Part shown: positions 12,919 through 21,416 of the stretch, in pieces
Layout: every line of letters starts with the position of its first letter
How positions within the stretch are numbered: the stretch's first letter is position 1
From: Candidatus Lindowbacteria bacterium RIFCSPLOWO2_12_FULL_62_27
Lineage (GTDB): Bacteria > Lindowbacteria > 2-12-FULL-62-27
Direction: 5' to 3'
DNA length: 59,448 nucleotides
Assembly (NCBI GenBank): GCA_001784175.1
Contig: MFPR01000041.1
Coordinates: 62,001-121,448 of the forward strand
Translations under genes and position numbers: made by a program
Notes under the pieces: model-generated
Database searches by the model: none
The model's input: the letters and a program-made list of their open reading frames with translations, nothing else
Told to the model about the DNA's origin: nothing

Positions 12919-14321
12919 TACCGGCCCGCCGGTTCCTGAATGCGGACGGGGATGCCGTCGCGAATTTTCTGAATGCCCGCGACCACGACCGATTCGCCCT
13001 CGTGCAGGCCGTCGAGAATCTGGACTTTCCCCGGGCGGCGAAGCCCGAGGGTCACTTCCCGCATGCGGGCGACGCCGCCCTCGATGACGAACGCGTGGAA
13101 TTTTCCGCCCTGCGGAACAATCGCCGATTCCGGCACCACGCGGGCATCTGGAAAATCTCCGACTGTGATGCGGACGTCGGCAAAGAGGCCTGGTTTGAGG
13201 CGCCGGCTTGGATTCTGGATGCGCATTTTCATCAGCACACTGCGGGTCTTCTCATCCACCGTCGGGTCGATGTAGTAGACCGTTCCGCGAAAGAGATCGT
13301 CCGGCCAGGGCGTCACGCGAAGTTCCGCCGCCTGGCCGGACCGGATCCGGCTCAGATACCGTTCCGGTACATGGAAGGCCGACTTGACCGAAGAAAGGTC
13401 CACCAGCTCGAACATGAGCGCGCCCTTGTCGACAAAATCGCCCACGGCCACGCGCCGGACCGACAGGACGCCGTCCATGGGCGCGATCAGCGTCAGGTCG
13501 TTCATCCGCGCTTGCTGAAGATTCAATTCGGCCTGCGCACGCTGAACTTCCGGATGAACATCCACCGGCGCGTCATCCCCGGCCGCGTCGCCGAGCGACG
13601 CTTGGAGCGCTTGTTCCGCAGCGTGCGCCGCCGCAAGCGCCGCCCGGGCCTGTTTGACGAGCGGGTGTCGCTCGTGCGTTTCCTCGCCGTCGACGCCCGA
13701 AAGAGACGCGTCCGCGGCGGCCACGTCTGCTTCGGCCTGTTTGACCGTCGTGATGGCGCGTTCGAGATCGTCCTGCGTTTTGAATTCCTTCTCGAACAGC
13801 GCGCGTGTCCGGTTTTCGTCCTGCCGGGCGCGTTCGAGAACGGCGCGCGCCCTCACGCGGCGCGCGAGCGTCTCGCGCACGGTCTGCCGGGCCTGATCGA
13901 TCCCGGCCTGGGCCTGCAGGATCTGGGCGCGCGCCGAGGCGAGTTGTTTGCGCTGCTGCAGCACGGTCTGCCGGATTTGGAGGAGCCGCGCCGAGGCGAC
14001 CTCGATATCCTGTTGCAGTTTGGCCGGGTCGAGTTCGACGAGGATGTCGCCTTTTTTCACTGTCTGACCCTCGTCGAATCCCAGCCGGACGATCCGGCCG
14101 GCGACCTCGGGTTTCACCTGCACCACTTCGCTTGCTTCGAGCGTCCCCACGGTTTCGATGGTCTCGACCATCCTTTCCGTCGCCACGGGCGCCACCTCGA
14201 CGAGCGGCGGTGGCGGACCGGCCGCCGGCTTGTCGGCCGCTCCGGGGGTGGAGAGCTTGGACCCGCAGGCCGCAAGGATCGCGGCCCCGATGAGTGCGAG
14301 GAAAATGCGACCCTTATTCAT
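12918..14321 (-). CDS. RND periplasmic adaptor (membrane fusion lipoprotein) with long coiled coil
   Basis: Lipobox LAAC, lipoyl half-motifs (VKPEVAGRI, APMDG), LKPGLFA, VPESAI. Confidence 0.93.
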
Positions 14322-15607
14322 TCGGCCGTTCCCAGCTCGCCGAGTGCGAGTTCGAATTTGCGGCGCGCCAGTTTCAAATCCGCGTCCGTGTCCGCCTCCT
14401 GAACCTCCGCCGCCACCAGCGCGGTGTGGGCGTCCGCCACCTCCACCGCCGTCGAGAGTCCCTCACGGAACTGCGCGATGACCCGCTCGTAATTTTCGCG
14501 CGCCGCCCCCACTCCCTTCCGGGACGCCGCACGGATTGCCCGGAGCGCGTCGATCTCCAGCATCGCCTGCCGCACTTCAAGATCGATCTCGCGCGCCATG
14601 CGCTCAAGTTCGAGCTGATGCTGTTCGACACGAATCTCCGCCTTTTCGACCTCGGCGTTTCTTCCGAATCCGTCGAAGATGTCATACTCGACTTTGGCCT
14701 GGACCTGCCAGTTGTCCTTCTCGCGAAACGAACTGACCTTCTGGGTGCGCGTGTAATTTCCGGCAAGTTTTGCGGAAGGAAAAAATCCGGCGCGGGCGGT
14801 CCGAATTCCCTCCTGAGCTTCTTTCAGCCGAAGTTCGGCGATCCGGTGTTCGGGCCGCAGGCGAATCGCACGCGCCACGTAGGGATCGGGCGTTTTGTCG
14901 TCCGGCCGCGCCTCGTCCGTTTCAGGGTCCGGCTCGTCCAGCACGGGTCCCTCCACGGGACGGCCGACGACGAAACCGAGCCGCGCGCGAAACACAGCCA
15001 CGTCGTTTTCCGCCCGCACCACGTCGCGCTCCGCCGCAGTCAGCGCGACTTCCGACCGGATCACCTCCGTGCGCGTCGCCGTCCCGGCCTCCTTGCGTGC
15101 CGCCGCGAGCGCGAGCTGGTCGCGGGCCAGTTCGACGGCGCGCCGGGCAATCGTCTGCCGGTGCTGGGCGCGCAGGAGAGAAAAATACTCGACCGCGACC
15201 TCGAAGAGCCGCGCCTGCTTCACCAGCCGGACCTCCTCCTGCTGAACGGCCACCTCAACGCGGGCCGCGCGCAGCGTCGCCCATTCCTTCCCGCCGCCAT
15301 AGAGCGGCTGGCTGACATCGAACCGGAAATCCGTATTGTCCTTGAACGTCACGAATCCCCCAACCCCGGCCTCGCGATTGCGGGACTGCGTGAAGGCGGC
15401 CGTAATACCCGGCAGCACGGCCGCCCGGGCCAGCCGGATGTTCTGCCGGGCCTCCGCGACCTGCGCCTCGGTGATCCGGATATCTTCATTCTTCTTGAGC
15501 GCGAGCTGAAACGCCTGCTCAAGAGACAGCGCGCCTTCCGCGCCGGCGCTGATCGAAATCAGCGCCATGAGGAAGACAACGCCCCACACGGTCCTTCGCC
15601 GGTTCAC
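14318..15607 (-). CDS. TolC-family outer membrane efflux channel
   Basis: Signal peptide, LSLEQAFQLAL, duplicated OEP repeat pattern; in an operon with the MFP and RND genes. Confidence 0.9.
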   Translation of the reverse strand: MNRRRTVWGVVFLMALISISAGAEGALSLEQAFQLALKKNEDIRITEAQVAEARQNIRLARAAVLPGITAAFTQSRNREAGVGGFVTFKDNTDFRFDVSQPLYGGGKEWATLRAARVEVAVQQEEVRLVKQARLFEVAVEYFSLLRAQHRQTIARRAVELARDQLALAAARKEAGTATRTEVIRSEVALTAAERDVVRAENDVAVFRARLGFVVGRPVEGPVLDEPDPETDEARPDDKTPDPYVARAIRLRPEHRIAELRLKEAQEGIRTARAGFFPSAKLAGNYTRTQKVSSFREKDNWQVQAKVEYDIFDGFGRNAEVEKAEIRVEQHQLELERMAREIDLEVRQAMLEIDALRAIRAASRKGVGAARENYERVIAQFREGLSTAVEVADAHTALVAAEVQEADTDADLKLARRKFELALGELGTAE

Positions 15608-16185
15608 GATTTTCTCCGATTTCCCTTGAAACCCCGCAAGAACAGATTGGCGAGGAACGCGGCCTCGCGGGCAGGATGAATTTTTTCATTGGCGATCCCG
15701 ATTTTCTGCCGGAGCAGCCCGAAGACCATCCCGTGAAAAACGGCCGCCTCGGGCAGACGGGACCGGCCGCCCAGAAGTTCCGCAAGGCGCAGGTTTTTGC
15801 GCCGGATCACCCCGGCCATGGCAACGCGGACCGCCGGAATGGCCAGCGTGCCTTCGCGAACAAAGAGTTTCATGAAATCGGGCCGGTCCGAAAAATATTC
15901 GAGGGTCAGGCGTGCGATGACCCGAAGCGACCCCTCCAGCCCGCCGGCCGCCGGGCGTCCCTCCGAAAGGCGGGCGTCCAATTCATCGGCCGTCCGTAGC
16001 AGAAGCGCCGTGAGGAGCCCCTCCTTATCCCGAAAATGGCGGTAGACCGTCCCCTTGCCGATCCCAGCCGCCGAACAGACATCATCGACGGTCGACCGGT
16101 AATACCCCTGTTTCGAAAACACCCGCCCTGCGGCTTCAAGTATGCCGTCGGCCGCCACCGGCCGCCTCCCACGTGCAGGTTTCAT
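15604..16185 (-). CDS. TetR/AcrR family transcriptional regulator
   Basis: ILEAAGRVFSKQGYYRSTVDDVCSAAGIGKGTVYRHFRDKE HTH. Start placed at ATG 16185, downstream of the promoter and operator. Confidence 0.92.
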   Translation of the reverse strand: MKPARGRRPVAADGILEAAGRVFSKQGYYRSTVDDVCSAAGIGKGTVYRHFRDKEGLLTALLLRTADELDARLSEGRPAAGGLEGSLRVIARLTLEYFSDRPDFMKLFVREGTLAIPAVRVAMAGVIRRKNLRLAELLGGRSRLPEAAVFHGMVFGLLRQKIGIANEKIHPAREAAFLANLFLRGFKGNRRKS

Positions 16186-16208
16186 CCGCGACTCCCACTG
16201 TCCCAGAC

Positions 16209-16240
16209 TTATTTCGGACTGACCAGTCAGTCCGAAATAA
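16209..16240. promoter_or_regulatory. Putative TetR operator, perfect inverted repeat TTATTTCGGACTGAC-CA-GTCAGTCCGAAATAA
   Basis: 15-bp arms with a 2-nt spacer, lying between the -10 box and the tetR start. Confidence 0.85.
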
Positions 16241-16268
16241 CTGTACGGCATTTCACCCCTGCTGTCAA
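16240..16268 (-). promoter_or_regulatory. Sigma70-type promoter of the tetR-tolC-mfp-rnd operon
   Basis: Minus strand TTGACA (16268-16263), 17-nt spacer, TACAGT (16245-16240). Confidence 0.75.
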
Positions 16269-16315
16269 TACCCGGTTTCGGCGGCGGCTCATGATCCCAG
16301 GAATAGAGACGCGTA

Positions 16316-16354
16316 GAAACGGGGTCGGGGAAACGGGGGTCGGAAACGGGGGTC
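16316..16354 (+). repeat. Tandem GAAACGGGG(G)TC units at the left end of the element
   Basis: gaaacggggtc-ggg-gaaacgggggtc-g-gaaacgggggtc; the last unit runs into the left IR. Confidence 0.8.
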
Positions 16355-17320
16355 AGACCTATGTTTATGAGTTTATTTTTCACACGATATGATGTAGGAG
16401 TGGTGCATGAGCCGTGCAGTTCGTGTGGATATTGAAGGATGCTGGTATCATGTCGTGGCAAGAGGCAACGAGCGGCGGTCGATTTTCACCTCTGATGAAG
16501 AACGGGGCTATTATCTGCGGTTGCTGGATGAAGTGACGCGATTGAGTGGGGCTTCCTTTAGCGCCTACAGTCTGGTTCCCAATCATGTTCATCTGTTGAT
16601 CCATCGAGGCCGTCAAAGCCTAGCGAGGATGATGCAGAGGCTTCACGGCAATTATGCCGGCCATTTTAACCGGCGGCATCGCCGCAAGGGGCATCTGTTT
16701 GAAGGCCGTTATCACGCCTATCTGGTGACTCACGATAGATATCTTGCGGCCCTTGTCCGATACATTCATCGTAACCTGCCCGAAGCCGGTTTGGGAAAAG
16801 AGAATTGGAACAGGTTATGGTCAAGTCACCGTCTTTACATCAATCAGAATCAGAGACCGTGGACTCAGTGGCGACCGGCGCCTGGATACGGGGGTGCCCG
16901 AGGGACTCGATCCTACCGCGAGTTAATGGGTGATTCTGCAGGGAGCGCTCTACCGCCATTTGTGCCGGAACGCCCATGGGCTTATGGGACGGCTGGTTCA
17001 TGGAGGAAGTACGAGCGCCGTAAAGAGGGAAGGGAAGGAAGAAAGCGCCGTGAGCTGAGGGGGGTTGAGGCACTGGAGCGTGTGATCGAGAAGGTCGCTA
17101 AGCACCGTCGTGTCTCCGTAATATCGTTGCAGTCTGACAGCAGACTGCGGGCGATCACAAAAGTCCGAAACGAGGCGATTTTGAATTGTCTGGCTGCCGG
17201 CCATGGGCCGACAGAAATCAGCCGTTACTTCCAGAGATGCCCTGCGTCCATCACAACAGTGGTTCGCCGTTACGGCGATCCGCGTAAAGAAAATAAACTT
17301 ATAAACATAGGTCTGACCCC
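16349..17320 (+). mobile_element. Y1/RAYT transposase element bounded by 31-bp terminal inverted repeats
   Basis: 16349-16379 GGGGTCAGACCTATGTTTATGAGTTTATTTT and 17290-17320 AAAATAAACTTATAAACATAGGTCTGACCCC are reverse complements at 30/31 positions. The interior is visibly lower in GC. Confidence 0.85.
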
Positions 17321-17324
17321 ATGA
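16407..17324 (+). CDS. REP-associated/IS200-like tyrosine (HUH) transposase with C-terminal HTH
   Basis: YHVVARGNERR, PNHVHLL (HUH), GHLFEGRY, RYIHRN, WSSHR; C-terminal DnaA_C-like helix-turn-helix. Confidence 0.9.
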   Translation: MSRAVRVDIEGCWYHVVARGNERRSIFTSDEERGYYLRLLDEVTRLSGASFSAYSLVPNHVHLLIHRGRQSLARMMQRLHGNYAGHFNRRHRRKGHLFEGRYHAYLVTHDRYLAALVRYIHRNLPEAGLGKENWNRLWSSHRLYINQNQRPWTQWRPAPGYGGARGTRSYRELMGDSAGSALPPFVPERPWAYGTAGSWRKYERRKEGREGRKRRELRGVEALERVIEKVAKHRRVSVISLQSDSRLRAITKVRNEAILNCLAAGHGPTEISRYFQRCPASITTVVRRYGDPRKENKLINIGLTP

Positions 17325-17374
17325 CCCCTAGGTCTGACCCCATGACCCCCCCATGACCCCCATGACCCCCATGA
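17321..17374 (+). repeat. Tandem ATGACCCC(n) units and a re-copied IR tip at the right end of the element
   Basis: atgacccc-taggtctgacccc-atgaccccccc-atgaccccc-atgaccccc-atga. Confidence 0.8.
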
Positions 17375-17382
17375 AGTGAAAT

Positions 17383-18369
17383 ATGCCATCTCAGTTGAGA
17401 AGTAAAGAATCGACACTCCGGTTTGTTGGAATGATCCTCATTCTGGTCACGGTCTTACTGTGGACGGGACAGGTCGTGATCTCTCTCACCATGCTTGATG
17501 AGCAGACAATCGAAAACCGGCTGGATGTGGCCATCGCTGTGACCCCTGTCGTCAAACAACCTTGGAAGACGGAATGGTTTATACCGGGAATCTATAAATG
17601 TGTCGGTTTCTCATTCACGCCTGAATCCGATATACCCATTCCCGCTCATCAGAAAATCACTTTCCTATCGCACAACCGGATGCGCATCAACGGAGTCATT
17701 GTCAGGCAGGACGACGGAAAACGATTCCGGGTCCAGATGGAGGGGACAGATATCTGGATAACAAGGGACAGCATTCGAACGGGGGCGGAAATCCGCCAGG
17801 AAGATATCGACAGTTTGGAGCGATCACCGCATAGTTTCGCCGGTCGGCGAATGTTGTGGTCATTCCTACTCACAGGTGTTTTCGGAATCACCGGGGTGAT
17901 CATTCTATTGTATGTGGATAGAAAAGGGAGGCTTGCAGCGGCTCCTTCAAGCGAACAAGCGGAGGCGATTGCGGTTATTTCAGGCCGACGCCTGAAAATC
18001 GCACGACTTTCATTCGCGGTCACGTGGGCGCTGGCCGCAGCATTCGCAACATCCATGATAGGAACAACCATTGGACCTTGGTTTGTCCGCCGATATTTTG
18101 AACCAGCCATACACGAGGTTATTCTCGAAGATATGTATGACTGGCCCCTCATCAATATTATTCTCCTCATCCTGCCTGCCATCATCTACTCGTATTTCTA
18201 CAAATTCGTCTTCAACTGTTACTCAGACAAGGATGGATGGAACAGGATGATCCGGGACCTCATGACTGATTCGCCTTACTCCAAGCCGATTATCTGCGGC
18301 GGATTTTTCGCGGGACTTGTCATGCCGACGGTTTATGCGTTGGTGAGGTATTTTGTATTTCATGGATAA
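17383..18369 (+). CDS. Hypothetical integral membrane protein
   Basis: 328-aa ORF with about 5 hydrophobic segments and one soluble loop; lower GC than the flanks. Confidence 0.7.
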   Translation: MPSQLRSKESTLRFVGMILILVTVLLWTGQVVISLTMLDEQTIENRLDVAIAVTPVVKQPWKTEWFIPGIYKCVGFSFTPESDIPIPAHQKITFLSHNRMRINGVIVRQDDGKRFRVQMEGTDIWITRDSIRTGAEIRQEDIDSLERSPHSFAGRRMLWSFLLTGVFGITGVIILLYVDRKGRLAAAPSSEQAEAIAVISGRRLKIARLSFAVTWALAAAFATSMIGTTIGPWFVRRYFEPAIHEVILEDMYDWPLINIILLILPAIIYSYFYKFVFNCYSDKDGWNRMIRDLMTDSPYSKPIICGGFFAGLVMPTVYALVRYFVFHG

Positions 18370-19243
18370 TGCTTCGACCCTGTCACGACGCGTTTTTTTA
18401 AAAGGCACACTGGCCGCTGCCGCGGTTGTGGGGGCTGGCTGCGCGATTGACGGAGTTTTCGGCGAACCGAACTGGATAGAATGTCCAGAGGTGCCGGTTG
18501 CTGTTCCAAGTCTTCTGAAGGCGTTTGTCGGATACCGGATATTGCATGTCACAGACATCCACATGGGCACGCCCGGGTCAGAAGACCGGCTGCATAGGCT
18601 GGTTGAAATATGCAACAGGACGGGCTGCGATCTGATCGCGTTTACCGGAGATTTCGTCTCCTTCAAGAAATCGATCGGCGGGCTCTCCGAGGCGTTGTCG
18701 CAGATCAAGCGTCCGCCCAACGGGATGGTTGCAGTGCTTGGCAATCACGATCACTGGACAGACCATAATGCCCTGCGAAAGACGCTTGAGCGTCATGGGA
18801 TCGAAGATCTGACGAACCGTGGACTGCCCATTGAGCGGGCGGGCAGCGCTCTATGGATCTGCGGCACGGGCGACCTGTGGGAGGACAGGGTGGACGTTTC
18901 CACGGCCGTGAAGGATGCGCCGCCGGATATCACGCGGATTCTTTTGTCCCACAATCCGGACGTGGCTGAAACGCACGTGTTCCCGGAGCATCGGATATCG
19001 CTTCAACTTTCCGGACATACCCACGGCGGCCAGGTCAAGATTCCGTTCGGCCCGGCGCCCCTGGTCCCTTCGGCTTACGGCCAGAAATATCGTGCCGGCC
19101 TGGTCAAAGCCCCCCACACGCAGGTATTCGTGTCCAAAGGAGTCGGCGTCATCAGTCCCCCTGTGCGATTCAACTGCCGCCCGGAAGTCCCGATCCTGCG
19201 TCTCGTTTCATGTGGGATTGACCGTGGCCCCGGCGCACTGTAG
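18362..19243 (+). CDS. Tat-exported metallophosphoesterase (YkuE-like)
   Basis: SRRVFLK twin-arginine motif; DIH, GDFV, GNHD, SHNP, SGHTHGGQ motifs. Confidence 0.9.
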   Translation: MDNASTLSRRVFLKGTLAAAAVVGAGCAIDGVFGEPNWIECPEVPVAVPSLLKAFVGYRILHVTDIHMGTPGSEDRLHRLVEICNRTGCDLIAFTGDFVSFKKSIGGLSEALSQIKRPPNGMVAVLGNHDHWTDHNALRKTLERHGIEDLTNRGLPIERAGSALWICGTGDLWEDRVDVSTAVKDAPPDITRILLSHNPDVAETHVFPEHRISLQLSGHTHGGQVKIPFGPAPLVPSAYGQKYRAGLVKAPHTQVFVSKGVGVISPPVRFNCRPEVPILRLVSCGIDRGPGAL

Positions 19244-19254
19244 GATGCAGCGTC

Positions 19255-20475
19255 ATGGAGACAGAGACGTTTCAGGATTTTCAGGATTTTCAGAGCCTGG
19301 CCCTGCCGGAGGCCCTGAAGGAGAATGTGGCGCATCTTGGGTTTCAGGCGCCGACGCCCATCCAGGCCCAGACCATTCCCCGGATTCTGTCCGGGCGCGA
19401 CCTCATCGGGCAGTCGCAGACGGGCAGCGGCAAGACGGCGGCGTACCTCGTGCCGGTGATCGCGCAGTTGAACGCCGCCCTGCCCGTGGTCCAGGCGATC
19501 GTCCTGACCCCGACCCGTGAACTGTGCGTGCAGGTCGCCGAGGTCGCGAACGACCTCGTCGCGAACACGGGCCTGCGCGTCATGGCGATCTTCGGCGGAT
19601 TTTCGCTCGACATCCAGTGCGCCGCGCTCCGCCAGGGTGTGCAGCTGGTGCTGGGCACGCCGGGCCGGGTCAAGGACCTGATGATGCGCGGCCGGCTGGA
19701 CCTGTCGGGCGTGCGGCATTTCATTCTGGACGAGGCCGACGAGATGCTTGACATGGGATTTTTGAACGACATCACCTACATCGCGAACCGCACGCCGAAA
19801 GTCCGGCAGAACCTGCTGTTTTCCGCCACGATGGCGCCGCCCGTCAAACAGCTCATCAACGACTACATGAATCACCCGGAGCACATCGAAATCCAGCAGG
19901 TCACGCGCACGGCCGACACGCTCTCGCACCTCTTTGTCCGGGCGCAGGGCCACGATAAGGACCGTGTGTTGCGGTCGCTGTTGTCGGAGTTCCGGCCGGA
20001 CGCCGCGCTGATTTTCAGCAACAAGAAACATGCCGTGCCCCGGATCGCCCGCGCCCTCCGGGGTGGGGCGATGCCGGTCGAATATCTGCACGGGGGGCTC
20101 GAGCAGGAGGACCGGATGCGGATCATGAGACAGTTTCGGGACGGCCGGATTCAAGTGCTGGTATGTACCGACGTCGCGGCGCGCGGCCTCGACGTTCTTT
20201 CCGTGGGCCTCGTCGTCAACTACGATATCCCGCCCGACCCCGACATCTACGTCCACCGCGTGGGCCGGACGGGCCGGATCGGCGAGAAGGGCACGGCGGT
20301 GAGCCTGGTGGCCAATCACGAGATGGCCCTCCTGCACCGCATCGAGTCCCACGCGCGGATCCGGATGCAGCCCTACGCGCCGGCGGGCGAGCCGGCGAGC
20401 TCGAAATCCTCCTCAGACTCGAAGAATTCCCGCCGGAAGAGAGGGCACGACCGGCATTCCGGCCGGCGCCGGTGA
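19255..20475 (+). CDS. DEAD-box RNA helicase
   Basis: Q motif PTPIQ, QTGSGKT, PTREL, TPGR, DEAD, SAT, ARGLD, HRVGRTGR. Confidence 0.96.
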   Translation: METETFQDFQDFQSLALPEALKENVAHLGFQAPTPIQAQTIPRILSGRDLIGQSQTGSGKTAAYLVPVIAQLNAALPVVQAIVLTPTRELCVQVAEVANDLVANTGLRVMAIFGGFSLDIQCAALRQGVQLVLGTPGRVKDLMMRGRLDLSGVRHFILDEADEMLDMGFLNDITYIANRTPKVRQNLLFSATMAPPVKQLINDYMNHPEHIEIQQVTRTADTLSHLFVRAQGHDKDRVLRSLLSEFRPDAALIFSNKKHAVPRIARALRGGAMPVEYLHGGLEQEDRMRIMRQFRDGRIQVLVCTDVAARGLDVLSVGLVVNYDIPPDPDIYVHRVGRTGRIGEKGTAVSLVANHEMALLHRIESHARIRMQPYAPAGEPASSKSSSDSKNSRRKRGHDRHSGRRR

Positions 20476-21206
20476 CAGGATCGTTTTCCGATTTCGACGA
20501 TCTGCGCGTGATAGTCGTTCCACAGCGGCGCGCGCCGCGGCAGGTTTGACTCGAACCACGCGCGGATCTCGTCATAGGGTTCTGCGCCGCTTAAGAAACC
20601 GTGCCGGCTGAAAATCCGCCGCGTGTACGCGTCCACCACAAAAACGGGCTGTTCCAGCGCATAGAGTAAAATGGAGTCGGCCGTTTCCGGGCCGATCCCG
20701 TGGACGCTCAATAGCCGTTCGCGCGCAAGCGCCGTTTTCCATCGCATCATCGACGTCATTGGGTTCGACCCGATGCCATGGATGGCATCGTACCCGGAGC
20801 GGTCATGGATGGACCGCTTGACGGAGGGTGCGGGCGCGTGGTCCCGCAAAAATCGGACAAAGGCTTTCAACTTTTTCGCCTTCTGATTGAAATACCCGGA
20901 CGAGCGTATCAGCCGTGCCAGCCGGCTGCACGGGATTCTCCGGAGGCCCGGGACTGAGAGGACGCCCCGGCGATGGAGTTCCATCATCGCCTTTGAGACG
21001 TTGGTCCACGCGGTATTTTGCGTGAGGATCGCTCCGACCGCAATTTCAACCCGCTGCCGTTCCGTCAGCCGTTTCCGGTCCGGATCGTACGCCGGCCGGG
21101 CTTCGGACCCGGCGCCTCGCCGGAACACCGGCCACCAGCCGCGCGGACCGTGGGCGCGTTTCATGGCGGCATAGATGCCCGTCAGGATTTTCCGCATTAC
21201 CCCCAT
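20373..21206 (-). CDS. Endonuclease III-related HhH-GPD protein with FeS motif
   Basis: GAILTQNTAWTNV, LLSVHGIGPETADSILLY, VVDAY, C-x6-C-x2-C; AGAGG RBS before ATG 21206. Confidence 0.9.
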   Translation of the reverse strand: MGVMRKILTGIYAAMKRAHGPRGWWPVFRRGAGSEARPAYDPDRKRLTERQRVEIAVGAILTQNTAWTNVSKAMMELHRRGVLSVPGLRRIPCSRLARLIRSSGYFNQKAKKLKAFVRFLRDHAPAPSVKRSIHDRSGYDAIHGIGSNPMTSMMRWKTALARERLLSVHGIGPETADSILLYALEQPVFVVDAYTRRIFSRHGFLSGAEPYDEIRAWFESNLPRRAPLWNDYHAQIVEIGKRSCHRRRPECRSCPLFRREFFESEEDFELAGSPAGA

Positions 21207-21416
21207 CTTATCCTCTTTGTAATTTGGATTACAGCGTGGAAGCGGGAAGTTCTGGAGCCCCGAGAATTCTCCTTGACCTTTTCGCCCGGATGATCTAGGG
21301 TCTGCGACCGCCAAGGTGCTCGGGTGGGCATGATCCGCATCTTTCTTGCGCTTACCTGATAGGGCTCCGCGGACGGGAATCGGAACATCGAAGATTCAAC
21401 TAAACATGGAGATGCC

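Noticed and set aside
16186..16461. 92-aa N-terminal extension of TetR in the ORF track
   Set aside because: It runs through the operator, promoter and the transposon's left IR; its KNKLINIGLTP is just the IR translated.
17321..17374. CRISPR array, here or in the NHL repeats at 25498-26510
   Set aside because: No constant repeat with unique spacers and no cas genes; the NHL repeats are coding.
19270..19293. TTTCAGGAT tandem repeat (FQDFQDFQ) at the helicase start as a phase-variation tract
   Set aside because: The 9-bp unit preserves the frame and has fewer than three copies.
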